A stretch of DNA of 64,000 bases from Thermoanaerobaculia bacterium (lineage in GTDB: Bacteria > Acidobacteriota > Thermoanaerobaculia > Multivoradales > UBA5704). Each line of letters begins with the position of its first letter. Position 1 is the stretch's first letter. Positions 38,602-48,073 of this stretch are shown piece after piece. The stretch is taken from assembly GCA_038248205.1 (NCBI GenBank), contig JBBRUC010000001.1, positions 32,480-96,479 on the forward strand, in the 5' to 3' direction. A program made the position numbers and the translations under genes. The notes beneath the pieces were generated by a model. It searched no databases. It saw only the letters and a list, made by a program, of their open reading frames with translations, and was not told where the DNA came from.

Positions 38602-40848
38602 GTGATTCGAGTTCGGTTATTCGGCGGCTTCGAGGTCTGGCACGGAGATCGGCAGGTGCGAGGCTTCGAGTCCCAGAAGGTCCGAGCCCTCTTCGCCTAT
38701 TTGGCCTGTCAGTCGGCGCGCGCATTCAGTCGCGATCACCTCGCCGGCCTGCTCTGGCCCGAACAGGAAGACGACGGCGCACGGCACGCGCTGCGCCAAG
38801 CGCTCTATAACTTGCGTTCTGCGCTTCCCGGGCGTGACTCGGCGAACCCGCCGCTTCTGGTGAGCCACGGCGAGATCCGTATCAACCCGGCGGCGGGCCT
38901 TTGGGTCGACGTCCATGCCTTCGAGGAGTCGATCAAGCGTGGCGCCGCGCGGGACGCCGCCGACCCTCATCACCTCGCGACCGCGGTCCAATTGTATCGA
39001 GGCGATTTTTTGGTGGGTTTTTTCGTTCGCGACAGCAACACGTTCGAGGAGTGGCTGATCGCCGAGCAGGAGCGCCTTCGAGAGGCGACGGTCGAGGCGC
39101 TACACACCTTGATCGAGAGCTACCGGCGCCGGGGCGAATATCGATTTGGCCTGCACTATGCCCGACGGCTCGTCGCCCTGGAACCTCTCGCCGAGGAACC
39201 CCGACGCAACCTGATGCAGTTCTACGCGATGACCGGGCGCCGCAGCCAGGCGCTTGCCGAGTACGAGGATCTGGTGGCCCTCCTCGATCGCGAACTCGGT
39301 GTCGATCCCTTAGGGGAAACCCTGGAACTCTACGAATCGATCCGGGACGACGCGCCGACGCAAGGGGTTCCTCTCGCGGACGGCGAGCCGATCGGCCCGA
39401 TCATCCCCCTGGCGGGGCGCCGCGGCGCTTGGGATCGGCTTCGCGACAGCTGGCGCAGGGCTCTCTCCGGAGAGACCCCCGTCACTTTGGTCGTGGGAGA
39501 GACCGGCATCGGCAAAACCCGGCTGATCCGTACTTTTCTCGACGCGGTGAGCGGCTCTCGCCGAATCGTCGTCCTGCGCGGCGCAGGCCGGCCCTCGACT
39601 CTGCCGATACCGTTTCTCCCCTGGCTCGACCTCTTGCGTGGCGCGTTTGACGAGGCGACCGAAGGCGGCGGCCCCGACCCCGCGGCGCTTACGCCCCAAA
39701 AGTTCGGAGACCTCGCACGCCTTCTGCCCGAGATCGGATCTCGCCGCCCCGAGCTACCCTCTCCGGCGCCGTTGAAACGCGCAGCCGAGCGGCGACGGTT
39801 CTTCGAGAACGTGATCGACTACCTCGGCGCTTTTTGCTCCGCCGGCCCAGGAGTGGCGACCGTGCCGTTGGTGATCTTTCTCGACGACCTTCACCTGGTC
39901 GACGAGGACTCCCTGGAGCTTCTCTACGCGGCGATCTCTCGATTGCATGGGCAACCCTGTTGGTTCCTGATCGCCTCCGAGGTGATCGACCCGTCCGAGG
40001 CCCCGCCCTTCTTCTCTGAAGTTATCGCGCTCGCCGAGCGCGTCGAGATTCGACGGTTCGACGACAGCGCGATCGAAGAGATCGCCGCCTCCTTGGTTGG
40101 CGACGATCGTGCGAGAGAGCTGTCTCACTGGCTCGCCGGCCGGAGTAAAGGCCTGCCGTTCGCGATCGCGGAGCTGATCAACCTGCTCTGGGACGAGGGG
40201 CTGCTGACGCCTGGCGAAAACGGCATATGGCAGCTCGCATCCTCTTTGGAAACCGCGGAGGTGCCCACCAGCGGAGAACTCGGCGCCCTGCTCGGCGAAC
40301 GGGTCCGGCGGCTCCCCTCCTCGATCCGACGGCTGGCGATCCAAGCGGCGTTTGCCGGCGGCAGCTTCGAGGCCGACCTGCTCCAAAAGGCGGCTGACGA
40401 ACACCCGGCGGTGGTCGAAATCGGCCTTGAGCTGCTGCTCAAGCGGTGGCTGATCCGCCAGAGCATTCGGTACTGGTCGACTTTCGGCCGGGCATCCGAT
40501 GTCGCACTGTGGAACCGGGGCGCCCGGCGGGGCAGCTTCGAGTTCGCGCACCAGCAGGTGCGCGAGGCCCTGGCGTCTTCCGTCGTGCCGGAACGGCAAA
40601 GAGCCCTCCACGCCCGGATCGCCTCGACTCTAGAGACTCTGGCCGCGGATCATCTGGAGAGCCACTTCGAAGAACTCGCCGGGCATTACCTGGCAGCCGA
40701 GATGTGGAACCGAGCCCTCCCCTACCTTGAACTGGCGGAGAACCGAGCCCGGGGCCTGTTCGCCCGCACCGCCGCGGCGCGCTACGCCGCCGCGGCAGCC
40801 GAGGCGCGATTCCACCTCACCACCGAAAAATCTGGAACGACAGAGTAA
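38602..40848 (+). CDS. AfsR-like SARP-family transcriptional activator (OmpR-type winged helix, BTAD, NB-ARC-type P-loop ATPase, C-terminal helical repeats)
   Basis: N-terminus VIRVRLFGGFEVWHGDRQVRGFESQKVRALFAYLA (SARP DNA-binding domain). The BTAD region has MQFYAMTGRRSQALAEYEDLVALLDRELGVDP. Walker A VVGETGIGKTRL. GTG start at 38602, divergent from paralog 3. Confidence 0.8.
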   Translation: MIRVRLFGGFEVWHGDRQVRGFESQKVRALFAYLACQSARAFSRDHLAGLLWPEQEDDGARHALRQALYNLRSALPGRDSANPPLLVSHGEIRINPAAGLWVDVHAFEESIKRGAARDAADPHHLATAVQLYRGDFLVGFFVRDSNTFEEWLIAEQERLREATVEALHTLIESYRRRGEYRFGLHYARRLVALEPLAEEPRRNLMQFYAMTGRRSQALAEYEDLVALLDRELGVDPLGETLELYESIRDDAPTQGVPLADGEPIGPIIPLAGRRGAWDRLRDSWRRALSGETPVTLVVGETGIGKTRLIRTFLDAVSGSRRIVVLRGAGRPSTLPIPFLPWLDLLRGAFDEATEGGGPDPAALTPQKFGDLARLLPEIGSRRPELPSPAPLKRAAERRRFFENVIDYLGAFCSAGPGVATVPLVIFLDDLHLVDEDSLELLYAAISRLHGQPCWFLIASEVIDPSEAPPFFSEVIALAERVEIRRFDDSAIEEIAASLVGDDRARELSHWLAGRSKGLPFAIAELINLLWDEGLLTPGENGIWQLASSLETAEVPTSGELGALLGERVRRLPSSIRRLAIQAAFAGGSFEADLLQKAADEHPAVVEIGLELLLKRWLIRQSIRYWSTFGRASDVALWNRGARRGSFEFAHQQVREALASSVVPERQRALHARIASTLETLAADHLESHFEELAGHYLAAEMWNRALPYLELAENRARGLFARTAAARYAAAAAEARFHLTTEKSGTTE

Positions 40849-40899
40849 CCTCGTGCCACGAACCCGCGCCGAGCTGGCTCTCGGCGCAAGGAGCCCCCG

Positions 40900-41433
40900 A
40901 TGACCCTTACGACCGAACGTAGCTGTCCGAGCGGCAAGCCCGCGCGGAAATCTCGTCTGACGCCGGAGGAACGCGCGGCGGCGATCGCGGCGATTCGAGC
41001 CACGCCGGCCGAACTTCGCACCGCCTTGGCCGGGCTCTCCGAGGAACAGCTCGATACTCCCTATCGACCCGGCGGCTGGACCGTCCGCCAGGTCGCCCAT
41101 CACGTGCCGGACAGTCACATGAACGCCTACATCCGGCTGAAACTGGCGCTCACCGAAGATCGTCCGCGAATCAAGCCGTACGATCAGGATGGCTGGTCCC
41201 GGTTGGCCGATACCGCGAACACTCCCGTCGGGGTATCTCTGGCGCTGCTCGAAGCGCTTCATGTCCGCTGGGTGGAGCTGCTCTGCGCGATGAAGCCGAC
41301 GGAATTCGAGCGGACGCTCGAACATCCCGAACTCGGCGAGGTCACCCTCGATTCCGTAGTCGGTCTCTACGCCTGGCATGGGCGGCACCACGTCGCCCAC
41401 GTGACCCGGCTCCGCGAGCGGGAGGGTTGGTAG
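40900..41433 (+). CDS. DinB_2/YfiT-like metal-dependent four-helix-bundle protein
   Basis: PGGWTVRQVAHHVPDSHMNAYIRLKLALTEDRPRIKPYDQDGW ... YAWHGRHHVAHV shows the DinB/YfiT His triad pattern. Confidence 0.65.
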   Translation: MTLTTERSCPSGKPARKSRLTPEERAAAIAAIRATPAELRTALAGLSEEQLDTPYRPGGWTVRQVAHHVPDSHMNAYIRLKLALTEDRPRIKPYDQDGWSRLADTANTPVGVSLALLEALHVRWVELLCAMKPTEFERTLEHPELGEVTLDSVVGLYAWHGRHHVAHVTRLREREGW

Positions 41434-41459
41434 GCGCAACGGCCGGAGCTGTCGGCGTT

Positions 41460-41702
41460 CTATGCGGCAGGGGCCAAGGTTGTCAGGCGTTGGGGAAGTT
41501 GCGCCAAGAAATCGCCAAGATCCTCGGTGTCGGGCAGGACGATCTCTACCTTGCCGTTGGCCAGCCTCTGGACTGAGCCTGAGCCCTCCATCGCGAGCGG
41601 TACCTGCACCGCTTCTCGATCGAGCGGAATCTCATCGATCACCTCGAACAACCGCTGCATCGCTTCCTGGGTGAGAATTCGCACCGTCAAATGCCCTCTC
41701 AA
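41460..41702 (-). CDS. Hypothetical small protein (80 aa)
   Basis: The only ORF in a 360-bp gap, with protein-like composition. No recognizable domain. Confidence 0.25.
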   Translation of the reverse strand: MRGHLTVRILTQEAMQRLFEVIDEIPLDREAVQVPLAMEGSGSVQRLANGKVEIVLPDTEDLGDFLAQLPQRLTTLAPAA

Positions 41703-41796
41703 GGTAGATTACCATCCTAAAAACCCGTCCGGAGTACGAGCCCGGCTCAAGATAGAATTCCGGCGATAAGCTTACGCTTCGAGGCCCTCTACGATC

Positions 41797-44340
41797 ATGG
41801 CGGAACGCCGCGACATTGGTGAGCGATACCGAATCACCCGAAAGCTTGGGGAGAGCGCATTTACCAGCGTTCACGCCGCGACGGACGCCACGAACGGCGC
41901 CATGGTGGTGGTCAAGCGGATCGCTCCCGGGCGCAACCCGGAGGCGATGTCGCGATTTCTCCAGACCGCCACGGCCCTGGCCAAGATTCGCCACCCGACC
42001 ATCCCTTCGCTCCTCGATTTCGGCACGCTGCCGGACGGCGGCGCATTCATGCTGCTTGAGCCGGTCGCCGGCCGGGGACTCGAAGTGCTGGCGGGCGCGG
42101 CACCCGCCGAAGTGCTCTCCCATCTGCTTCAGGTTCTCGACGGGCTCGAGCTTCTCGGCCAAAGCGGCATCGCTCACGGCAATCTGGTGGCGGAAAACAT
42201 TCGCTTGGCCGGAACCTCCACGGGAGAGCAGGCGAAGCTTCTCGGCTTCGGCACCCGCATCCTCCATCCGCCGATCGCCGGCATGCCCGGGGTCGAAGGT
42301 ACGGCACCCGAGATGCTCGCCGATGGCGCAGGCGACAGCCGTTCCGACGTGTACTCCTTTGCCCGTATCGCCTGTCGGCTCCTCGACATCGGAATTCAAA
42401 ACGACTCCCGGGGAGAGCCTGAGCTCTCCCTGCCGCTCGGCGTAAGCTTCGAGCTGGAGGACGCGGAAGCCCTGCGCCAGGCGCTTCTGCGCTCGTTGCG
42501 CCGATCGCCCGCCGATCGCCCGAGCTGGAACGAGGTTCGCGAGGGTCTGCGCACGGCGCTGCGCGGACCGGTCGCCCAACCGTCGGTGGGCGAGAAGACC
42601 AACCCGGTCTACATTCCTCCTTCCGCGACCGACGGCGATCCTCCGGCGCTCCGATTCGAGGAATCTTTCGAAGGATCAACCCCGGCACCGTCCGCACTGC
42701 TGGAAGCCCTGCCTCCGCTCGCTTTCGCGGATCCACTTCCGCCGTCGGCGCCGCCTACCCCGCCGACGCCATCGATACCACCAACGGCGACGACCCCGCC
42801 AATACCGGCGCCGATACCGGCGACCCCGATTCCACCGAGCCCGAAACCTCCCGCGCCGGTTTCGGCGTCGGACGATCTCTTGTCCTCGGTCGAAGACTTT
42901 CTCGCCGCACCGATCGTCGCTCCGATCACCGCACCGGCGGCCCAAAGGGAGGTCGCCCCGGCGTTTGCGATGCCGATCAAGCCGCCCGATACCGCCGAGA
43001 TTCCGGTCGTCCCCCAACCGCGGCGGTCACCCGGCAAGAGCAAAAAGGTGATCCTGATCGCTCTGGCCGCCGCCATCGGTCTCGGCGTATTGGCCGCGAT
43101 TTTGATCTACCTGCGGGATCGAGACGTCGATCCGTTTGAGATTCAAGACGAGCTGAGAGTCCCGGCGACACCCGCGGCAACGCCCAGCGCGCCGATCGAC
43201 TTTCAATCGACCCTCGGGGACGTCGCTCCGGCCGGAAATCCCGGCCTGGCCGCGGCGCGCGCCGCGCTCGATGCGGGAAATCCTTCGGCCGCCCTCGCGG
43301 CGCTCAATGCCCTTGATGCCTCCTCGCTTTCGCCGGAGGAACGCGAGGAAGCCAAGGCGCTGCGCGATTCGCTCGGCCAATCGCAGATCGAGCGCCTTGC
43401 CGCCGATCTGAAGCGCGGTTTGCGAACCGGCAACGTGACCACCTTGCGTTCCACGGTTCGCGCCATTACCGCGAACCGGACGGCATTCTTCAAGGACAAT
43501 CCGAGCCTCCGGACGGATTTCGATCGAGCCAAGGAGATCGTCCGCCTTTCGGCGCAGCTGCAACAAGCCGCCAAGGGGAGCGATCCGCTCGCGACCGTCC
43601 GCCTCGCCGGCTCGTTCGCCGAGCTGGCGCCGCGCGACAAGACGGCCCCCCGGCTGCGCGAACAAGCGGCCGCGACGATCGAAGCCGAGGCCGATCGGCT
43701 GAGCCAAAGCGGTCAAGCCCAGGTCGCTCTCAACCGGCTGGAAGCCCTGCGCGCCGCCTGGCCGGAGAGGCCGGGAGTGAGGGAACGGATCGGCCGTATT
43801 CGGACCGTCGCCGAGGTCGACCCGCGGCTCGACCGAGTCCTCGCGAACGCCCAAGCGGCGGCGCAGCGCAAGCGGCCCGACGAGGGCCTCGCGATCCTGC
43901 GCGCGGCGAACCCGACCGGCCCCTATGTCGAGCGCTTTCGGGAGCTGTCCGATCGGTTGAAAGCCGATTTCGCCCAACTGGACCAGAATCCTCCGGCGAT
44001 CGAGCTTCGCGAAGGTTCCGCGAGCGAGTTCGAGAAGGGTGCGACCACGCGGGTCTCGCTGCGGATCACCGACGATTTCCAGGTGGCGAAAACCGCCCTC
44101 TTCGCCCGCCCCGAGGGAGGCTCCTGGCAGACCTTGGAGCTACGCCAATCCGGGTCGTTCTACACGACCGAGATCCCGGCGAGCTTCCATCAGAACAAGA
44201 ACCTTCAGTGGTACGCGACCGCCACCGACGTCTCCGGCCATACGGCCCAGCTAGGCAGCGAGAGTGCGCCCAGGGTCCTCAAGCGAAAGAAATGGTTCGA
44301 CCGCATCCGCGGCAGCAAGGAGGAGGACGGCGGGCGGTAA
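41797..44340 (+). CDS. Ser/Thr protein kinase-like protein, predicted pseudokinase; Pro-rich linker, one TM helix, C-terminal helical/TPR-like domain
   Basis: Kinase fold markers are present: GxGxxG-like LGESAFTSV, VAIK-like VVVKRI, and APE (GTAPEMLA). The catalytic HRD is replaced by HGN (IAHGNLVAENI) and DFG by GFG (KLLGFGTR). A TM segment lies at KKVILIALAAAIGLGVLAAILIYL. Confidence 0.7.
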   Translation: MAERRDIGERYRITRKLGESAFTSVHAATDATNGAMVVVKRIAPGRNPEAMSRFLQTATALAKIRHPTIPSLLDFGTLPDGGAFMLLEPVAGRGLEVLAGAAPAEVLSHLLQVLDGLELLGQSGIAHGNLVAENIRLAGTSTGEQAKLLGFGTRILHPPIAGMPGVEGTAPEMLADGAGDSRSDVYSFARIACRLLDIGIQNDSRGEPELSLPLGVSFELEDAEALRQALLRSLRRSPADRPSWNEVREGLRTALRGPVAQPSVGEKTNPVYIPPSATDGDPPALRFEESFEGSTPAPSALLEALPPLAFADPLPPSAPPTPPTPSIPPTATTPPIPAPIPATPIPPSPKPPAPVSASDDLLSSVEDFLAAPIVAPITAPAAQREVAPAFAMPIKPPDTAEIPVVPQPRRSPGKSKKVILIALAAAIGLGVLAAILIYLRDRDVDPFEIQDELRVPATPAATPSAPIDFQSTLGDVAPAGNPGLAAARAALDAGNPSAALAALNALDASSLSPEEREEAKALRDSLGQSQIERLAADLKRGLRTGNVTTLRSTVRAITANRTAFFKDNPSLRTDFDRAKEIVRLSAQLQQAAKGSDPLATVRLAGSFAELAPRDKTAPRLREQAAATIEAEADRLSQSGQAQVALNRLEALRAAWPERPGVRERIGRIRTVAEVDPRLDRVLANAQAAAQRKRPDEGLAILRAANPTGPYVERFRELSDRLKADFAQLDQNPPAIELREGSASEFEKGATTRVSLRITDDFQVAKTALFARPEGGSWQTLELRQSGSFYTTEIPASFHQNKNLQWYATATDVSGHTAQLGSESAPRVLKRKKWFDRIRGSKEEDGGR

Positions 44341-44348
44341 CCGCGGCG

Positions 44349-44894
44349 CTATTTCCCCGCCGCCTCCGCCATCCGGCGGTTGAATTCCTCGGTCTTGCCG
44401 CGCGGCACCGTGAGCGGCCGCCAGGTCTCGGAAACGTAGTGCTTGGCGAGCATGACGATCTGGCCGACGTGGTACGCCTGGTGGCAGAGCGATCGTTGGA
44501 GCGCCTCGACCACCGAATGCGGCTCGTGGCGGATGGTGATGGTCTTCAGCAGATCGTCCGGCGTTAGGCTCGCCAAGGTCGAGAGCAGACACCCCCAACC
44601 CTCCTCCCAACGGGCCATCAGCTGCGCGCGCGTCGTATCGGGTGCCACTTCGAACTCCGCGTCGCGATGTCGGTCGGGCTTCTCGCCGTCGGTAGTCAAG
44701 AAGTCGGTGAACCGGGAGCGCAAATTACCGCCCATGTGTTGAACCAAGACCGCGAGACTGTTCGTCTCGCGGTCGAGGGTGAGAAAGAGATCCTCGTCCG
44801 AAACCTGCGCGAGCGCTGCTTCGGCGAGCGTCTTGTGGCCGCGGAACCGTTTTTCCAACTCTTCGATCAGATGCTGCCCGACTACCTCGGCCAT
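44349..44894 (-). CDS. DinB/DUF664-like four-helix-bundle protein
   Basis: 181 aa with a conserved His pattern (LVQHMGGNL ... CHQAYHVGQIVML). Confidence 0.55.
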   Translation of the reverse strand: MAEVVGQHLIEELEKRFRGHKTLAEAALAQVSDEDLFLTLDRETNSLAVLVQHMGGNLRSRFTDFLTTDGEKPDRHRDAEFEVAPDTTRAQLMARWEEGWGCLLSTLASLTPDDLLKTITIRHEPHSVVEALQRSLCHQAYHVGQIVMLAKHYVSETWRPLTVPRGKTEEFNRRMAEAAGK

Positions 44895-44943
44895 TTCGTT
44901 CGTCTCCTCATCAAGAGCCGATGCTACCAGGACCGGGCGCCGC

Positions 44944-45774
44944 TCACCCTTCCAACGGGCGGAAGAACAGCTTGCGGATAGCCGCGAGCAGCAGGAGCGC
45001 GGCGCCGAAGGTCGCGACGATCGTCGCCCCGGTCGGCAGATCCCAGAGGAACGAGAGCCAGACTCCCCCAGCTGAAACCACGGCGCCCAGGGACCAACCG
45101 ATCGCCAGGCGCGTCCCCAGGCGACGGGCGAACAACATCGCCGCCACCGACGGGACGATCAGGAAACAGAAGACCAAGAGTACACCGGCCACCGCGACCG
45201 ACGAAGTCACCACGAACCCGAACGAGACGTAGAACAGGAAGTCCCAGAAGCGGACGTTCAGCCCATTTCTCTCCGCCGCCTCCTCGTCCATCGAGATCGC
45301 CAGAAAACGCTCGCGGAAGATGTAATGGAACAGCCCGACCAGCGCATAGAGCACCGCCGTCTTAGCCAACTCCGGCCAGGTGACCGAGAGAATGTTGCCG
45401 ACCAGCATCTCTTTGAGGTGCTCGGTCTCTTGCGTCGCCTTGGACATCACCAGGATCGCGAGCGCCGCGGACACCGCGTAGGCGATGCCGATCACCGCCT
45501 CTTGGGGAATCCGGGTCTTTCGATGGACCTTGGTGAACGCGAAGACCGCGGCGCCCAAAAAGGTAAAGCCGAGCGAGAAGAGATACGCCATTCCCGAGTG
45601 CAGGTCGTAGCCCGCGAGGTAGGCGACCGTGGGGCCGAGCGCGGCGATCTGTGCGAGCGAGAGGTCGACGAAGATCACGCCGCGCTCGACGACGTGGACT
45701 CCCAGGTAGGCGTGGATGCCGGTGAGGATCAGGCTCGCGACGAACGCCGGGAGCAGCAGCTCGAAGATCGTCAT
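44944..45774 (-). CDS. Metal (Zn/Mn) ABC transporter permease, ZnuB/MntB (ABC-3) family
   Basis: MTIFELLLPAFVASLILTGIHAYLGVHVVERGVIFVDLSLAQIAALG and multiple TM helices. Start at ATG 45774, overlapping the binding-protein stop by 4 bp. Confidence 0.8.
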   Translation of the reverse strand: MTIFELLLPAFVASLILTGIHAYLGVHVVERGVIFVDLSLAQIAALGPTVAYLAGYDLHSGMAYLFSLGFTFLGAAVFAFTKVHRKTRIPQEAVIGIAYAVSAALAILVMSKATQETEHLKEMLVGNILSVTWPELAKTAVLYALVGLFHYIFRERFLAISMDEEAAERNGLNVRFWDFLFYVSFGFVVTSSVAVAGVLLVFCFLIVPSVAAMLFARRLGTRLAIGWSLGAVVSAGGVWLSFLWDLPTGATIVATFGAALLLLAAIRKLFFRPLEG

Positions 45775-46685
45775 CGGCTGCCCACCGCGGCCACGAACGA
45801 GTCGACGTTCTTGTCGAAGAGCGAGAAGTAATTGTCGATCCCGGGCGCGCCGCCCACCGACGGATAGAACGTCACGACTTTGGCACCCGTCTTTCCCCCG
45901 ATGTATTTCGGCGTCTTGGTGTCGAAATAGGGTTCGACCAGGATCACCGGGATCTTCTGCGCCATGATCAGATTGATCACCTCCAAGGTGTGGGTGGGCG
46001 ACGGCGGAATGCCCGGCTTCGGCTCCACGTGTCCGGCCACCACGAGCTGGAAGCGCTTCGCGAAGTTGGGCCAGGAATCGTGAAAGGTCACGATCTTCAG
46101 GCCCTTGTAGGGAGCCATCCTGGCGCTCCATTCCTGCTCTTTTGCCGTGAGCTTCGCCTCGAACGCCGCGAGGCCCTGAGCGTAGGCGCCCTTACCTGCC
46201 GGATCGAGTTGCGAGAGGCGCGCCGCAATCGCCCGCGCGATCACCCGGCCGTTTTCCGGATCGGTCCAGTAGTGCGGATTGCCGTACGGATGGACGTCGC
46301 CCATCGCGCGGGTCACCTGCTGGGTCGGCCGCTGCAAGATGTCGCAGCCGGCCGAGGCGTCGAGATAGCCGGGGTTGCCCGTATGGATCTTGTCGTTGCG
46401 GCTCTGGTCGAGGAGCGGCGGCAGGTAACCGATTTCGAGCTCCAAGCCCGCGACGATCACCAGGTTCGCGCGCGACAGCTTGAGCACGAAGGACGGCTTG
46501 GCGTCGACGAAATGGGGATCTTGGTACCCCTTGGCCAAAGCGAAGGTTTCGACCCGGTCGCCGCCGACGCTGGCCGCGATCGAGGCCAGATCTTGCAGCG
46601 TGGTGACCACCGAGATCTTGGCCTCCGCCGCATGGGCGAGGCCGAGCAGCGAAAGGGCGAGAAGGAAGATCTGCCAAGTTTTCAT
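45771..46685 (-). CDS. Metal ABC transporter substrate-binding protein (ZnuA/TroA family)
   Basis: Signal peptide MKTWQIFLLALSLLGLAHAAEA. Reads KISVVTTLQDLASIAASVGGDRVETFALAKGYQDPHFVDAKPS and DVHPYGNPHYWTDP. GAGGT Shine-Dalgarno before ATG 46685. Confidence 0.8.
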   Translation of the reverse strand: MKTWQIFLLALSLLGLAHAAEAKISVVTTLQDLASIAASVGGDRVETFALAKGYQDPHFVDAKPSFVLKLSRANLVIVAGLELEIGYLPPLLDQSRNDKIHTGNPGYLDASAGCDILQRPTQQVTRAMGDVHPYGNPHYWTDPENGRVIARAIAARLSQLDPAGKGAYAQGLAAFEAKLTAKEQEWSARMAPYKGLKIVTFHDSWPNFAKRFQLVVAGHVEPKPGIPPSPTHTLEVINLIMAQKIPVILVEPYFDTKTPKYIGGKTGAKVVTFYPSVGGAPGIDNYFSLFDKNVDSFVAAVGSR

Positions 46686-46696
46686 GGTCGGGTACC

Positions 46697-47956
46697 TCAG
46701 AACGGATGGGCGCCGTGCGCGCCGATCGCGAATTGCAGTTGAAGGAGAAGCTCGTTGGCCGTCTCGCCGAGGTCGAACCGGCGGCGGCGCAATTCCGCGC
46801 GCAACGCCGAAAACTCGCTCGGCATGAAGGTGATGAGGAACGCTTGCCCCGTGTCGCGGCGCGCGGCGTCGTCGGCCCTCTCGGAGGATTCGAGGCGGGC
46901 GCCGACGGACCAGCGCTTCGCGAGTTGGTAGTCGCCCGAGAGGAACCATCCGAGCGCCGTCTGAGCCCCGAGCGGCTCCTCGCGGCGGCTGCGGATCACC
47001 TCGCCGCGGATCGTCGCCGAGCGGTAGCTCGCGGTCGCCAGCGGCTTCCAGCGGTAGGTGAAATCGAGCCCGGACAGTGCGGTGTCTTTCCCCGTCGCCG
47101 TGCCGTTGGGACCGCGGCCGTAGGAGAACCCAAGATCCAGGTTGCTGGCATCGGTGAGATCCCGGAAAATTCGGTAGTGGCCGTTGTACGCAAGATCGCC
47201 GCGCCGCGGGCCGTCGAACAGGCCGGCGGCCTCGCCGCGAAAGACCTGGAGAGTCGCCTCGGAAAACGTGTCGCCGAGCGGTAGCAGGCGCGCCGCGGAA
47301 ACGCCCGTGCCGATCCACCCTTCTTCCCCCCCGAGAAGATTGACCACCGGCAGCGGCTGGTCCGGCCAAGGGAGGGTGTGCAGGTGCATCGTGTTGACTT
47401 TGCCGAACGCCGCGCGCATCCGGCCGACTTTCAAAAGGAGATCGGCGGGCAGCGAGGTAAACGTCGCGTACCCCTCTTCGACTTCGACCCCCTCTTCGCC
47501 GAAGGAGAGGAAAATGTCCGCCTTGGCATACGGGTCGATGATCGCCTGGAGCCCCAACTCCGACTCGCGGAGCGAGGAATTCGGCAGGTTCTCGGTCCGG
47601 CCATGACCGCCGACCGCCAGGTAGTTGCCGATCAACGAGATCGCCGGGTTGAAGTAGTTCGAAGTCTGCGCGGGCGCCGCGGCCGGCGGAACCTCCGCCA
47701 CTTGGGGAGCTTCCACCTCCACCGTTTCAGAGGCTGGCGAAAGCTCGGCCAGCCTCTGCTCCAGGTCGGCGATCCGCCGCTCGTAGTCGCTTTTCAAATC
47801 GGCTAGCTCGCGGCGGAGCGCGGCGACCGCTTCGTCGGAGGCTGAACCGGACTCCGGCGTCTGCGCGACGAGCGGCGATGCCGTCGGCACGGCGATTAGA
47901 AGTGTCAACAACGCCCAACGGGTCATCGACCCGCGGAGCAAGCTCTGCGAAACCAT
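46697..47956 (-). CDS. Outer-membrane porin-like beta-barrel protein with N-terminal coiled coil, co-operonic with the metal ABC importer
   Basis: Signal peptide, coiled coil (AVAALRRELADLKSDYERRIADLEQRLAEL), then alternating beta-strands ending ...LQLQFAIGAHGAHPF. GGGAGGA Shine-Dalgarno before ATG 47956. Confidence 0.55.
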   Translation of the reverse strand: MVSQSLLRGSMTRWALLTLLIAVPTASPLVAQTPESGSASDEAVAALRRELADLKSDYERRIADLEQRLAELSPASETVEVEAPQVAEVPPAAAPAQTSNYFNPAISLIGNYLAVGGHGRTENLPNSSLRESELGLQAIIDPYAKADIFLSFGEEGVEVEEGYATFTSLPADLLLKVGRMRAAFGKVNTMHLHTLPWPDQPLPVVNLLGGEEGWIGTGVSAARLLPLGDTFSEATLQVFRGEAAGLFDGPRRGDLAYNGHYRIFRDLTDASNLDLGFSYGRGPNGTATGKDTALSGLDFTYRWKPLATASYRSATIRGEVIRSRREEPLGAQTALGWFLSGDYQLAKRWSVGARLESSERADDAARRDTGQAFLITFMPSEFSALRAELRRRRFDLGETANELLLQLQFAIGAHGAHPF

Positions 47957-48073
47957 AGGTTTTCCTCCCGCCTTCGGGGGTACCGTCGTTCTACTCGAAG
48001 ATCGGGAACGAACGATCGCGAGGATCGCTACGATCGGGAAACGTCCCCGGACGTAAACGCTGCGAAACAGCGC

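Noticed and set aside
47949-47964. Palindrome AAACC-ATA-GGTTT as a Zur/Fur-type operator for the metal-uptake operon
   Set aside because: It overlaps the porin gene start codon rather than a promoter and does not resemble known Zur/Fur consensus sequences. It is noted only as a weak possibility in the importer finding.
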